A stretch of DNA of 36,484 nt from Candidatus Moraniibacteriota bacterium. GTDB lineage: Bacteria; Patescibacteriota; Minisyncoccia; Moranbacterales; UBA9337. Shown piece by piece: positions 26,011 to 36,460 of this stretch. Under the pieces are notes generated by a model. The model was given only the letters and a program-made list of their open reading frames with translations. It was not told the origin of the DNA and searched no databases. The translations under genes were made by a program, and so were the position numbers. Location of the stretch: the NCBI GenBank assembly GCA_036584565.1, contig JAZHDF010000097.1:1-36484 (forward strand). The letters are read 5' to 3'. Numbering within the stretch: position 1 is the stretch's first letter; every line of letters starts with the position of its first letter.

Positions 26011-26577
26011 TTACTTTTTCATCCTTTTCCCGGATACAAACTCCGGGATGATATTGACCTGAATTTGGTCTTTTTTAAATCCGACCTCCTTCAGATAAAA
26101 AATTATATTACCCGCAACGCCGACCTCCCTCTCTAGGATGTTCACTTTGATACAAAATTCCCTGCACTTCAAATGATTGGAACCCGGAAAATGAAACTCC
26201 AGATCCCAAAAAATTTTGGCCTCCTTTAATTTTTTAACGATAGAATTTATCCTTGAAGGGATGGTAAAAATTTCCAGATACGGTGCGTCTACTTTGGCGA
26301 AACCGGCCGTCTTGCAAAGCGACGGCACCGGCGAAACAATCATCCCGGTCGCCCGCTGAATCCTTCCGAAAAACTCTTCCTCGGGGGGATACTCCATTCC
26401 GATAAAGCCGGTGGCGACAATGCCAAAGTCAAGGAAATCCACCTCGTAATTTTTGACAATATTGATGACCGCATCTTCGTCTCTAAAGCGCATTTCTCGC
26501 AAAGCCCCTCTGAACCGAGGCAAAAACATTTCCGACAACTCATCAGGGGTCTTTCCGATCAGAACAAAACTTGCCAT
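26011..26577 (-). CDS. Hypothetical protein
   Basis: 188-aa ORF with SD GAGGTGA, upstream TGATATAAT and a downstream terminator. Confidence 0.7.
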   Translation of the reverse strand: MASFVLIGKTPDELSEMFLPRFRGALREMRFRDEDAVINIVKNYEVDFLDFGIVATGFIGMEYPPEEEFFGRIQRATGMIVSPVPSLCKTAGFAKVDAPYLEIFTIPSRINSIVKKLKEAKIFWDLEFHFPGSNHLKCREFCIKVNILEREVGVAGNIIFYLKEVGFKKDQIQVNIIPEFVSGKRMKK

Positions 26578-26798
26578 AATTCACCTCTTTTTCAATGTTT
26601 TTATTACTGCGGACTTCGGTTTGACTGCGCCTCTAACAAAGAACTCGAAATTTAATTATATCATATTTTAAACAAAAAAGCAATACCCCCGCTAGTCATC
26701 ACCTCCGCCTCAAAGCTTTTCGTTAAAATAAAAAATTCGACTAAAATCGAATTTTTTATTTAAATTGAACATTTTTAACAAAACCCCAAAAAGATTTA

Positions 26799-29045
26799 TC
26801 ATAATTTTTCCGCCAATTTTTCCTTGGTCGTCGGTCCGATCTCTCCGGTGGGAGAAATACTGTTATCGATTTGAAAATTTCTTACCGCCTGCCTGGTTTT
26901 CGGCCCGTATATTCCGATGATATTTTCTTTTTCCAAATATCCCAATTCATTAAGCGCTCTTTGAATGGCCTTTACACCCTCCGGGGTGTTGGAATTGAGA
27001 TTATAATTTTCAAAACGATAGCCCGAATTATCTAAATTTATTTTTTTCTCGGCCACCTCCCTCTTTGTATCGGGATTTTTGACGCTGATATTTCTTTTGC
27101 GATTATTTTGATTTTCCAAAAGTTTTTCTATGCAAAATTTGGCCACAATTTTTTTACTGCTCTTTCTGTCCACCGCAAAAGCTTTTTGGTTGCCTATTCT
27201 GACCTCAGCATCTTTTTCAAAATATTTCCCTTTGATTTCCAGTCTTAATCTTTGAACACATTTCAATTCCGGCTTTTCATACTCAAAAGCTTTCCAAGAA
27301 ATTATCTTAGCTTTTCGAGTTTCTTCTCCTGTCAAATCGTTGCTTTCTAAATCGGGAATTATTATTCCCGAATCATCTTTAATTAAAACTTCATCCTCCT
27401 CTTCATCTTCTTCCTCCTCAAGAATGGAAACGTAAGAACCGTCGGTAGAATCCAAATAAGGGAAATCCAGATTGTCCGCCCTTATCACAAAAGAAATCGA
27501 GCCTTCCTCATCCTCCTCTATCACAACAAAAGAAGCTTTCCAACTGTTTCCCTCGTTTGAAATAGTAATCGGACCAAAAACCGCATATCCGCCCGAATAA
27601 AAAAGCACCTCCAAATTGGAAATATTCTCATTGGTGGAAGTAAATAAAAGTGTCACTTCATCTCCCGTCTCCGCCAGACTGCTATCCGTTTCGTTATCTG
27701 AGGAAATGTTTATTGTCGAAAGAGAATAAATCGGAGCCGCTTTAAAAATCGTAAAATTGGCATCCAAATAAAAATCAGCACAAGCGCCACTGTCATCACA
27801 AACTTCGCCTCTTAGTCCATACTCGCCATTATTGACCGAACCAATGTCCCACCAAAAAGAAGTACTACCGGTATCGGAAACCAAGGCCGACCCGACTTCG
27901 TTTCCGTTCGAATCGAGGAGGTTTATAGTGTAAGTCAGGGGATCGCCGTTGGGGTCACTGGCCGCATTCCAAGCGATGTTTATATTTTCACCATAATTTC
28001 CCCCCGCCACCGGAGAAATAAAATTTGTCGGAACCGGGGGCAAGTTGGGCAGCGGTTCAAAATAAAATTGAGTCGCGAATGAATCAAATGTCGAGTCGGC
28101 ATAACTGGCGGTAACGATCGCCTTGGCTCCGTCGGAATTAGCCCCTCTTCTGGCCACATGAATATGCGCATCCGGACAACCGGATTGAGCGGCTGCTCTC
28201 CAACCCGATTGGTCAGCCGCATACCATCGACTTGAATTATCACAAATTGAAGAATTGTGATATTTTAAATTCCAACCCCTGTTTACATTGGGAGAATTCG
28301 CATATAAAATTATCCAAAAATCTCCGCCGATATCGATACTTTTTGTTCCGACAGTACCGTCCGGATTAGTCGTCAAAGGAACGAGATGATGAGATGACTT
28401 TCCAATTACGTGATTGTGGTGAAAGGTTGCTTCTTTGCCGATTGTTCCAATCAATTCAACATCCGAACTGTTGCGCCAATCGGAACGAAAAAAATTTATA
28501 TCTTTATTTTTCTCCACCAAATAAACGGATAAATCGGCCGAGTTCACCAGGGAAACCGGTTCGGCGTTTATCTCTACAAAAAAATTCATATTTTCCGCCA
28601 TATTGAAAGGATTTTCAAAGTGAAGAATGTGATAGTTATTTCGCCTGATACTTATCAATGACGGGGTATTATTCCAAGTGATTTCCGAAGGAGCAAAAAA
28701 TATTTCCGGATAAATATCGTCCGGATATATTTGAGTTTCCCACTTGGCCTCTCCCTCATCGTAAGTCATTGTCTTGGTTTTAGATTGAGAGTCGACAGTC
28801 CCATCAGCATAATAATCCCAAGCCCCCATCGGATCGTCTCCGTTTATGCCGGAGATTTCCAAGCTGGCCGAGATTGGCTCTTCGGAAATATCCGCTTTCA
28901 CCGTATAAGGAGCGAATCTGGAGATATCCAAGGCCGGGTCAATAGTAATACCGGAAACTTCCGCCGAAACACCTAATGGAAAAATCCCACCCGTAAAGAA
29001 CAACGCCCCCAATAAAAATCCTATTTTATTTTTATTTTTATTCAT
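26799..29045 (-). CDS. Secreted multidomain surface protein with Ig/FN3-like regions and a C-terminal peptidoglycan-binding domain
   Basis: Signal peptide, WNAASDPNGDPLTY, acidic linker, VKAIQRALNELGY..GIYGPKTRQAVRNFQ..TGEIGPTT. Confidence 0.85.
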   Translation of the reverse strand: MNKNKNKIGFLLGALFFTGGIFPLGVSAEVSGITIDPALDISRFAPYTVKADISEEPISASLEISGINGDDPMGAWDYYADGTVDSQSKTKTMTYDEGEAKWETQIYPDDIYPEIFFAPSEITWNNTPSLISIRRNNYHILHFENPFNMAENMNFFVEINAEPVSLVNSADLSVYLVEKNKDINFFRSDWRNSSDVELIGTIGKEATFHHNHVIGKSSHHLVPLTTNPDGTVGTKSIDIGGDFWIILYANSPNVNRGWNLKYHNSSICDNSSRWYAADQSGWRAAAQSGCPDAHIHVARRGANSDGAKAIVTASYADSTFDSFATQFYFEPLPNLPPVPTNFISPVAGGNYGENINIAWNAASDPNGDPLTYTINLLDSNGNEVGSALVSDTGSTSFWWDIGSVNNGEYGLRGEVCDDSGACADFYLDANFTIFKAAPIYSLSTINISSDNETDSSLAETGDEVTLLFTSTNENISNLEVLFYSGGYAVFGPITISNEGNSWKASFVVIEEDEEGSISFVIRADNLDFPYLDSTDGSYVSILEEEEDEEEDEVLIKDDSGIIIPDLESNDLTGEETRKAKIISWKAFEYEKPELKCVQRLRLEIKGKYFEKDAEVRIGNQKAFAVDRKSSKKIVAKFCIEKLLENQNNRKRNISVKNPDTKREVAEKKINLDNSGYRFENYNLNSNTPEGVKAIQRALNELGYLEKENIIGIYGPKTRQAVRNFQIDNSISPTGEIGPTTKEKLAEKL

Positions 29046-29242
29046 TTTCTAAAATTATATTTTTGTATTATTTAATTCTGTTAAAATTAGCTTTATATTG
29101 CTTCCATGCTATGCTCACAACTATTATTTCAAAGCGGTATAGCCCGTTTTTGTGACCAAGAATTGCCCCTGCGGAGATAAAATCCAATCGATAAACTTAT
29201 CCGCATTCGAATTTACGCTTCCGACCGTATTTTAAAAACACT

Positions 29243-30442
29243 TCACTTTTTAACAGCCACTTGCAGATTATCAATATAACCCGTTTCAAAGCCCGCCTCG
29301 CAATAAACAAAATAATACAACCACATCCGGACATTCTCTTCACTAAAGCCCAATTCCATTATTTCTTTTTTCTTGGCCAAAAAATTATTTCTCCAAATAT
29401 TCAAAGTTTTGGCATAATCCTTACCGATACTATCAATGCCGACTATCTTCAGATTATTATTATCCAGCTCTCCTTTGACCTGATTCAGCGAAAGCAACTC
29501 ACCGCCGGGAAATATATATTTTTTGATAAAGCCGGTATTTTTGAGATAAGTCTCAAAATCTTGATCCGGATAGGTGATGAATTGAAAACACGCCTCACCC
29601 CCGTCGACCAACAGACTGCCGCATTTAGCCAAAAAGACCGGCACATATTCATGACCGAGCGCTTCCATCATTTCAATCGAGACAATCTTGTCATATTCTC
29701 CCTCCAGATCTCGATAATCAATCAATTTAAGATCGATGCTATCGCTCAAACCCTCTGCTTCAATTTTATTTTTGACATAACCGAACTGCTCATCCGAAAT
29801 AGTGGCGGTGGTGATATGACAACCGAAGTTTTTAACCGCATACAAAGCAAAACCGCCCCAGCCCGTCCCAATCTCCAGCACGCGATCTCCTTTTTTTAGA
29901 TTTATATTTTCGCAAATCTTCCTGTATTTATTTAGTTGAGCTTCCCGCAAATCTTCAGTTTCCCCGAAAACCCCCGAAGAATAAGTCATCGTGTCATCCA
30001 ACCAAAGCCGATAAAAATCATTGGAGACATCATAATGCGCTTTGATATTTCTTTTGCTTCCCGCAACGGTGTTTTTATTTCTAAAATGATAAAATTTCAA
30101 CAAAAAACCGCCCCACTCAAAAAATATATCCCAATATTTTTTTTGCCGAAAACCGGGTAGTAATTCCTTATTTTGCACAAACCACAACAATAATTTTTTT
30201 ATATCGTCGGTCTCAAACTCTTGCAAAAAATATGCTTCTCCGAGTCCCGTATCGCCAAATAAAATCAACCGCCTAAAAAAATTTTTATCTAAAACCGTAA
30301 TATTTACCTCATCAATCAAAGCATTTCCTTCTCCCTGCTCAATCCTTTCCCCGTAGTGATAACTTTTTCCGGAAACTGACAGATGCAAAATACCCTTAAA
30401 ATTTTTATTTTTCAGAAATATCAAAAACAATCGCTCAAACAT
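29243..30442 (-). CDS. cfa: Cyclopropane-fatty-acyl-phospholipid synthase family SAM methyltransferase (UfaM-like)
   Basis: NIKAHYDVSNDFYRLWLDDTMTYS, VLEIGTGWG, SIEMMEALG, FIKKYIFPGG, YYFVYCEAGF. Confidence 0.92.
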   Translation of the reverse strand: MFERLFLIFLKNKNFKGILHLSVSGKSYHYGERIEQGEGNALIDEVNITVLDKNFFRRLILFGDTGLGEAYFLQEFETDDIKKLLLWFVQNKELLPGFRQKKYWDIFFEWGGFLLKFYHFRNKNTVAGSKRNIKAHYDVSNDFYRLWLDDTMTYSSGVFGETEDLREAQLNKYRKICENINLKKGDRVLEIGTGWGGFALYAVKNFGCHITTATISDEQFGYVKNKIEAEGLSDSIDLKLIDYRDLEGEYDKIVSIEMMEALGHEYVPVFLAKCGSLLVDGGEACFQFITYPDQDFETYLKNTGFIKKYIFPGGELLSLNQVKGELDNNNLKIVGIDSIGKDYAKTLNIWRNNFLAKKKEIMELGFSEENVRMWLYYFVYCEAGFETGYIDNLQVAVKK

Positions 30443-30444
30443 AC

Positions 30445-31293
30445 CTATTTAATAACTTTATTACTGATTATTTTAGCAATGGCTTCATCCGATTCCGCTT
30501 TTCTGAAAAATTTAACCTTTTTAAAATACAGCTTGGCCGCCTGATAATGAATCAGGACTATAACCCGCACAGTCATCAGCGGATAACGCAACTGAGCCCA
30601 AAACAAACCGCCGTTGGTTATTTCTTTGCGTTTTCCCGTTAAAACGGTTTTTAATTCAATCTGCTCACCCTGCAAAGAGTTAATCGCCATCATAAAAGAC
30701 TCATCGGGAATACTGAAACGCCACTCCAAATCATTATCATAGCTGATAAAGGGCGATATATAATAATTTTTTTTCTGCCTCGAAGTGAATATTTTTTTCT
30801 TATCATCGTCAATCAAGACATAATACATTTTTTGGTCGTGGAAAGTATTGTTAACCTCGCTAAACATAACTCGAAATTTTCCATTTTTATCAAAACAATA
30901 ATAGAAACTAACCGGGTTAAATATATAACCGAAATTTCTCAGATTCGTAAAAATAAAAACTTTCTCTATTTCAAAATCGAAGTTAAGTTCTTTTGCCAAA
31001 ATTTTAATCCTCTCTTTGGTATTTTTGCCGACATATTTTTGCGGATCATAATTGACATTTTCACCGGCGATAATTTTGGCATTGGTTTCAGTCTTATTTA
31101 AAAATTTAAAGTGATCTTCATCATAGAAGCTCAAAATGTTCTTACTATTATAACCGAAAATATAATTATTCTTTTGCAGATCATCCAATTCATCCAAATC
31201 CAAATAAACCATATAAATGGAATATTTGAATGAATTTTTGCGAGGCTCCAAACGCTCGTGGAACAACTTTAAAATATAGAGACAAGAATTCAT
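30445..31293 (-). CDS. DUF1365 protein (UfaO-like)
   Basis: HERLEP..F.Y, LDLDEL, FGYIFNPVSFYYC, EVNNTF, YISPF, IHYQAAKLY. Confidence 0.9.
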   Translation of the reverse strand: MNSCLYILKLFHERLEPRKNSFKYSIYMVYLDLDELDDLQKNNYIFGYNSKNILSFYDEDHFKFLNKTETNAKIIAGENVNYDPQKYVGKNTKERIKILAKELNFDFEIEKVFIFTNLRNFGYIFNPVSFYYCFDKNGKFRVMFSEVNNTFHDQKMYYVLIDDDKKKIFTSRQKKNYYISPFISYDNDLEWRFSIPDESFMMAINSLQGEQIELKTVLTGKRKEITNGGLFWAQLRYPLMTVRVIVLIHYQAAKLYFKKVKFFRKAESDEAIAKIISNKVIK

Positions 31294-31297
31294 AATT

Positions 31298-32545
31298 TTA
31301 TATTTTATTTTTTAAAATATCAACCACGCCCAAGCCGGACTTTACGCCATCCTCATGGAAGCCATAGCCGAAATAAGCGCCGGCAAAAAATATTTTGGTC
31401 CCTTCGTTTAGCTCCGGCAATCTTTTCTGAAGATTGAAATTTTCGACTGTAAAATTGGGATGCTCATAATTCATTTCCTTGATTATCTTTCCTTCGTCGA
31501 TTTTATCAAAAGGATTGATGGAAACCAAATACTCCGTTTTAGCTCTGTATTTTTGCAGGTTATTCATCCAATAAACCGTCGAACCTTTTTCGCCCTCTAC
31601 GCTCATTATCTGATTCCACGAGGCCCAAGCTCCTCTGACAGTCGGCATCGTGGAAATATCATTATGCAAAACCGCCTTATTTTTATTATAACCGAACAAC
31701 TCCAATAATTTCTTTTTTTCCTCGGGGATATTTTTGCATATTTCCAAACTCTCGTTGGCATGACTGGCCAAAACAACATAATCAAAATTATAAACGCCCC
31801 GAGCTGTCTTTAGCTCGACACCGCTATCGCCCTCCTCTACCGAATCAACCCCCTCGTTTAGATGAATATCAAAATTACCTTTTTTTATTATCTTTCCGAT
31901 ATAGGTATTCGATCCGCCCTTTACCGTATACCACTGGAATTGTCCGCTGGCGCCAAGCAAGCCGTGGTTATAAAAAAACGGCAACAATAACGATACCGGG
32001 AAGTTATAAACACTCTGATGCGGGACCGACCAGACTGCGGATGACATCGGGGCGAGATAATTATCTATAAAATAATCCGACAGATTATATTTTTTACAAT
32101 AATCTTTGATAGTTTCGGTGCTACCGGCGATATCTCCAAAATCTTTCAAGGCCACCTTGAAAAACTTATTGATTTCAAACAAAAATTTCCAAAACCTGAA
32201 TGAAAATATGTTTTTTCTTTGAGAAAATAAACTGTCTAAACCGCTACCCGAATATTGCAAACCGCTTTTTTTATTATATACGGAAAATGACATGTCCGTC
32301 TTTTGCATTTCGACTCCCAACTCGGAAAAAAGTTTAACCATGTTGCCATAAGTTTCCAGATTGAAAACCATAAAACCGGAATCAATTTTAAACTCTCTTT
32401 CCCCCTCTTTTACGGTATGGGTATGAGTATGTCCTCCCAAATAATCATTTTTTTCAAATATGGATATTTCAAAATCATCGCGCAAATAATAAGCGCAAGT
32501 CATGGCGGATATGCCGGATCCGACGATAGCGAGCTTTTTTTTCAT
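31298..32545 (-). CDS. FAD-dependent oxidoreductase, amine oxidase family (UfaD-like)
   Basis: AIVGSGISA, LGGHTHT, DSGFMVFN..TY, AWASWN, TVYWMNNLQ, YEHP, GAYFGYGFHEDG. Confidence 0.9.
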   Translation of the reverse strand: MKKKLAIVGSGISAMTCAYYLRDDFEISIFEKNDYLGGHTHTHTVKEGEREFKIDSGFMVFNLETYGNMVKLFSELGVEMQKTDMSFSVYNKKSGLQYSGSGLDSLFSQRKNIFSFRFWKFLFEINKFFKVALKDFGDIAGSTETIKDYCKKYNLSDYFIDNYLAPMSSAVWSVPHQSVYNFPVSLLLPFFYNHGLLGASGQFQWYTVKGGSNTYIGKIIKKGNFDIHLNEGVDSVEEGDSGVELKTARGVYNFDYVVLASHANESLEICKNIPEEKKKLLELFGYNKNKAVLHNDISTMPTVRGAWASWNQIMSVEGEKGSTVYWMNNLQKYRAKTEYLVSINPFDKIDEGKIIKEMNYEHPNFTVENFNLQKRLPELNEGTKIFFAGAYFGYGFHEDGVKSGLGVVDILKNKI

Positions 32546-32547
32546 AT

Positions 32548-33312
32548 TTATTTAACAAAAAAATTAGGGATAAAAGCCGGAGTTTTTCGGGCGTATTCGA
32601 TAAATTCCTTGTTATCCGCATAGTGTTTTTCGGCCAGAGGAACACCGGAGATAAAACGCAAAAGTATCGTAATGGTCAAAGGGCCGATCAAGCCGAGCCA
32701 GAAATAATCGGAACCGTAAGTAATGAGCCAGATCCCCCACCACAAAGTAGCTTCCCCAAAATAGTTTGGGTGGCGAGTAAAGCGCCAAAGACCCGTTTTC
32801 ATAATATGCCCTCGATTTTCCGCTTTGCTTAAAAAATCTTTTAATTGCTTGTCTCCGATGGCCTCAAATAAAATTCCAAATATCCAAATTATTAAACCTA
32901 ATCCATTGATTAGCCCAAAACCGCTTTCCCCGGAACTATTGACTGCCAGAATACTTGCTCCAACTAAAAGAAGTAGCGCTCCTTGCAACATAAATACCCG
33001 ATACCAAGAATTAAAAACCATCGATCCTCGCCAATTTTCTCGCATTTTCCGGTAACGATTATCTTCTTTCTCGCTCTTGAGAAATCTTGATCCGATATGA
33101 TATGCCAAACGAAAACCCCAAATTTCCACCAACAAAAAGATAATAATATTTTTATTATTGGGATTCATCATGGCCCCGATCACCGCCAAAAGGACAAAAC
33201 CCAGTCCCCAAGCCACATCCGCCACATCATTTCTTTTTTTAATTACGGCATAGATAAACCAAAGATTCATAAAAACCAGTACCGCTATAAATTGGATGAT
33301 TACAATAGACAT
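32548..33312 (-). CDS. DUF1295 (steroid 5-alpha-reductase-like) membrane protein
   Basis: DVAWGLGF, WGFRL, EDNRY, EAIGDKQL, TGLWRFTRHPNYFGE, SGVPLAE. Confidence 0.92.
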   Translation of the reverse strand: MSIVIIQFIAVLVFMNLWFIYAVIKKRNDVADVAWGLGFVLLAVIGAMMNPNNKNIIIFLLVEIWGFRLAYHIGSRFLKSEKEDNRYRKMRENWRGSMVFNSWYRVFMLQGALLLLVGASILAVNSSGESGFGLINGLGLIIWIFGILFEAIGDKQLKDFLSKAENRGHIMKTGLWRFTRHPNYFGEATLWWGIWLITYGSDYFWLGLIGPLTITILLRFISGVPLAEKHYADNKEFIEYARKTPAFIPNFFVK

Positions 33313-33322
33313 ATTTTTTAAG

Positions 33323-33733
33323 TTAATTTAAAAAATTTCTACCGATAAAAAAGACTGCCAATGAAACCGTGGTAGATAAAACCGTTCCCCAAATAATATC
33401 AATAATTGTAATTTGCCAAGAGTAATCTTTGAGAACGGCCAAATTGGTTAAATCAAAAGTCATGTAAGTAAAGAATCCAAACATCGCCCCGTAAAACAAA
33501 GCGTAGGTCCAAGAATTATTTTTGATAGCCGGATGAACGGCAAAAATTATCACCCCCACGATAAATAGCAAATAAAACAAAATCGCCACCGGCCAGTTCG
33601 GCATCGGCTTCATTAGGTGGCCCATATATTTTTGATAAATATCTTTGGCTATCACCACCAACCAGAGCATATCTATCATAAAAAAAACCGGCACAGCAAT
33701 CAGATACAACTTCAAAAAATCAAGCGTATTCAT
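33323..33733 (-). CDS. DUF2177 membrane protein
   Basis: IDMLWL, YMTFDLTNLAVLKD, IDIIWG. Confidence 0.88.
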   Translation of the reverse strand: MNTLDFLKLYLIAVPVFFMIDMLWLVVIAKDIYQKYMGHLMKPMPNWPVAILFYLLFIVGVIIFAVHPAIKNNSWTYALFYGAMFGFFTYMTFDLTNLAVLKDYSWQITIIDIIWGTVLSTTVSLAVFFIGRNFLN

Positions 33734-33868
33734 ATTTTTAGATTTAATTATTATTGTGTAAGATTATGAATTCAATTTGAATCCATACTAAAATTATAAC
33801 ACAAAAAGAGCCCCAAAAACAGGCCCTGTGAAAATTTTAAAAAAGAGACTGCCTTTGACCGCAAAGAA

Positions 33869-34303
33869 TCAATTCCCTCTTACGCCTGCCTTTTGAGGAT
33901 AAATAATCCTGCCGACAAGCAAAGGCGCCCATAAAATGGACAACAAAACAAAAATCCAAGTCTCTCCTCGCCAGAAATAATAAGTGGCCAAAACTTCCGC
34001 CAAGCTCAAATGTCGGATAAAGATATTCATAAAAATCTCAAAAGCGATGGTCATCGCGGTCCAGACCGAACCCATAACCAAAAGCTCTCGCTTGGAATAT
34101 TTATACCGGCTCTTTTTGATAAAAAAATAAATGGCGCCGAAAAAAAGACCCATCCCGGTCAGACTGCTCAGTTGATGAGCCCAAAAACCGATATGCGGTT
34201 CCAGCAAAGGCTTGTAGGTTGTCTCCCGGATAGTCGCGTTTATCAAAGCCAGCCCGAGAAGCGCAAACCAAAAAGCTATTATTTTTAGATTGATTGATTT
34301 CAT
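33869..34303 (-). CDS. Four-transmembrane hypothetical membrane protein
   Basis: Four hydrophobic segments; NATIRE, AHQLSS, TIAFE. Confidence 0.75.
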   Translation of the reverse strand: MKSINLKIIAFWFALLGLALINATIRETTYKPLLEPHIGFWAHQLSSLTGMGLFFGAIYFFIKKSRYKYSKRELLVMGSVWTAMTIAFEIFMNIFIRHLSLAEVLATYYFWRGETWIFVLLSILWAPLLVGRIIYPQKAGVRGN

Positions 34304-34345
34304 TTTTGTATTTCAGAATCGGACTTTTTTACCCGCTTTCTCCGA

Positions 34346-34660
34346 TTAATATCTCTTAAAATAATAAAAGAAAAATGATACCAGATAGAAAAAAGTGATT
34401 ACAAACAAGGCTACTTCAAGAAAGATTAAATCCTTTTTCTTAAAAAACTGAATTTCATAAATAATATACATCAAAATATAAAAAGGCACTGCGAAAATTT
34501 TTATAAATGCACCCATAATTATCCCTATAGCCGGGTCACAAAGTTTTCCATCGGGCGGACAAGACGGATAATGAAAATCAAAATAACTAAAAAGGAAATT
34601 CGAAACGATAAGAATAAAAATTGCGGAAAAAACCAGATTTAAAATTAATCTTTTTGACAT
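34346..34660 (-). CDS. Small hypothetical membrane protein
   Basis: Three hydrophobic segments and a CPPDGKLC loop; start could be 34675. Confidence 0.6.
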   Translation of the reverse strand: MSKRLILNLVFSAIFILIVSNFLFSYFDFHYPSCPPDGKLCDPAIGIIMGAFIKIFAVPFYILMYIIYEIQFFKKKDLIFLEVALFVITFFYLVSFFFYYFKRY

Positions 34661-34684
34661 AATTTTATAAATCAATTAATTAAA

Positions 34685-35911
34685 TTAAAGACCATCTTCC
34701 ACTAATGACAAGGATTTAATAAATTTATCCACCTCCGACAATTTAGGAACAAAATCTTCCTCTTTTTCGGACAATAATGCATCAAAAGTCCACTCTTCCC
34801 ATTTCTTTAATTTTTCTTCCTCCATCTCATAATAATTTATATTTTTAAAATCCGGATTATCCATTTTTATTTTATTCATAGACTCTTCCAGTTTTGGAGA
34901 ATATAAATTATAAACCCCGAAATGAACATAATATTTTTCATCATCGGTTAAGCCTTGGAAAATATAAATAGGGTGTTTTGCGAAATAATCTTCCTGATAA
35001 TATCCGGACAATGTAAATCTTACCCCCTTGCCACCCCCGAAATCCACTCTCTTTATATTATAAATTCCTCGAGGCATCGGCTTAAGGGAAAATTTGGCTA
35101 TTTCAAATATTTTGTCCGGATCAATTTCCGCCGAGGCCGATCTGGTAATTTCTCTTAAAATCTCAAGGTTATAAATAAAGTGCGGCTTATGTTTATCCTT
35201 GTAATTATCGATATTTACGCCACTTGCATTATAAATGTCCAAAACAGCCTGTTTACTTACTTCTTTATCAGAATTGATGCTGAAAATATAAGATAATCTT
35301 CCCGGCGAATCTATTGAACCAAGCGCATTTTTAGCATCATACTTAGTTGGCTGAAAATAAATATCTTTTGAAATATCCTTAAATAAAGAAGATTTATCAA
35401 AACTGACATCTACCGGAGGACTCGTTTTTTGCGCAAAAGATATATCGTCAACATAAATATTTCTTTTTATCAAAATATTATCTTTGTTTTTTATTAAAAC
35501 CGTATCATTGCCGGGTTTGTAAGGAACATAAGAACTTTTACACCAGTTATTCGAATCATTGGACTTGACAAATATATTTTCCGCCCTGTTTGATCCCTCT
35601 ACCGACAATTTAAAATCCTCACAATTTAATTCCGTTTCATTGTGAAATTCAACATCAACAGAATCTAAATTGGGCACATTAAATGTATTATTTTCATTAA
35701 ATATATGACTCTCAATACTAACGTAATCCTCGCTTATTTGTGGACTATTAAAAACTTCTTTATTTAAAACAGAACTATTATCAACAATCTCCCTTTCCCC
35801 AAGTTCTTTATTACTTTCTTCCCTAATAAAAAACCAGCTAAATACTCCTGCTGTTAAAAAAAATATTATTGCTATTATAATTCCTGTTTGTTTTTTTGTT
35901 TTTGTATTCAT
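34685..35911 (-). CDS. Membrane-anchored extracellular hypothetical protein
   Basis: N-terminal transmembrane helix, 408-aa ORF; GKGVRF..YIFQGLTDDEKYYV segment. Confidence 0.75.
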   Translation of the reverse strand: MNTKTKKQTGIIIAIIFFLTAGVFSWFFIREESNKELGEREIVDNSSVLNKEVFNSPQISEDYVSIESHIFNENNTFNVPNLDSVDVEFHNETELNCEDFKLSVEGSNRAENIFVKSNDSNNWCKSSYVPYKPGNDTVLIKNKDNILIKRNIYVDDISFAQKTSPPVDVSFDKSSLFKDISKDIYFQPTKYDAKNALGSIDSPGRLSYIFSINSDKEVSKQAVLDIYNASGVNIDNYKDKHKPHFIYNLEILREITRSASAEIDPDKIFEIAKFSLKPMPRGIYNIKRVDFGGGKGVRFTLSGYYQEDYFAKHPIYIFQGLTDDEKYYVHFGVYNLYSPKLEESMNKIKMDNPDFKNINYYEMEEEKLKKWEEWTFDALLSEKEEDFVPKLSEVDKFIKSLSLVEDGL

Positions 35912-35986
35912 TTTTTATTTTTAATTTTTCTGTACTAATTTTAACATAAAAAATTTAAAACAAAAACACCATTTTTTGTAATATTT

Positions 35987-36460
35987 TTATTTTATGATAT
36001 GCAATCCATTTTCATCAAAGCCCAATAATCCTCTGTCTAAATTTTCATTCTCCACAATGTTTTTAAAACCATCTTTAAATTTTTGAAAATAACTGAAAAC
36101 AATTATTCCCAATCTCATTTCACTCAACTCTTCCATAGAGAAAAATCCTATTTTTTGCCCCTCATTTCCCAATTTAATATCCTTTATTTTATCTTCCGAT
36201 AATTTAATCCAATAGAGAGAATGCTCCAGTTTATCTGGAATAATAATCTTACCAATCTCCTTTATCTCATCCTCTGAAATTTGAAGATTTGATTCCTCCT
36301 TAACTTCTCGGATCAAAGCTTCTGTGGGAGTTTCGTTTGCTTCCAGATATCCACCTATCAATTGCCAGCAGTTAGGATCCGGGATTCTTGGATTATTATC
36401 GCGCAACAACATTAATACTTTTTTATTATATGTTATCAAAGCTCCTGATGATTTTTTCAT
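35987..36460 (-). CDS. NUDIX hydrolase
   Basis: Nudix box GGYLEANETPTEALIREVKEESNL; LLRDNNPRIPDPNCW. Confidence 0.92.
   Translation of the reverse strand: MKKSSGALITYNKKVLMLLRDNNPRIPDPNCWQLIGGYLEANETPTEALIREVKEESNLQISEDEIKEIGKIIIPDKLEHSLYWIKLSEDKIKDIKLGNEGQKIGFFSMEELSEMRLGIIVFSYFQKFKDGFKNIVENENLDRGLLGFDENGLHIIK

Noticed and set aside
29170-29205. TGCGGAGATAA...TTATCCGCA hairpin after cfa as a riboswitch or ncRNA
   Set aside because: Short imperfect stem with no recognisable aptamer motif; at most a weak terminator.
582-35158. Numerous antisense or alternate-frame ORFs (e.g. 6194-6691, 9374-9943, 11642-12160, 21929-22558, 29261-29899)
   Set aside because: They overlap well-supported genes and carry no recognisable motifs.
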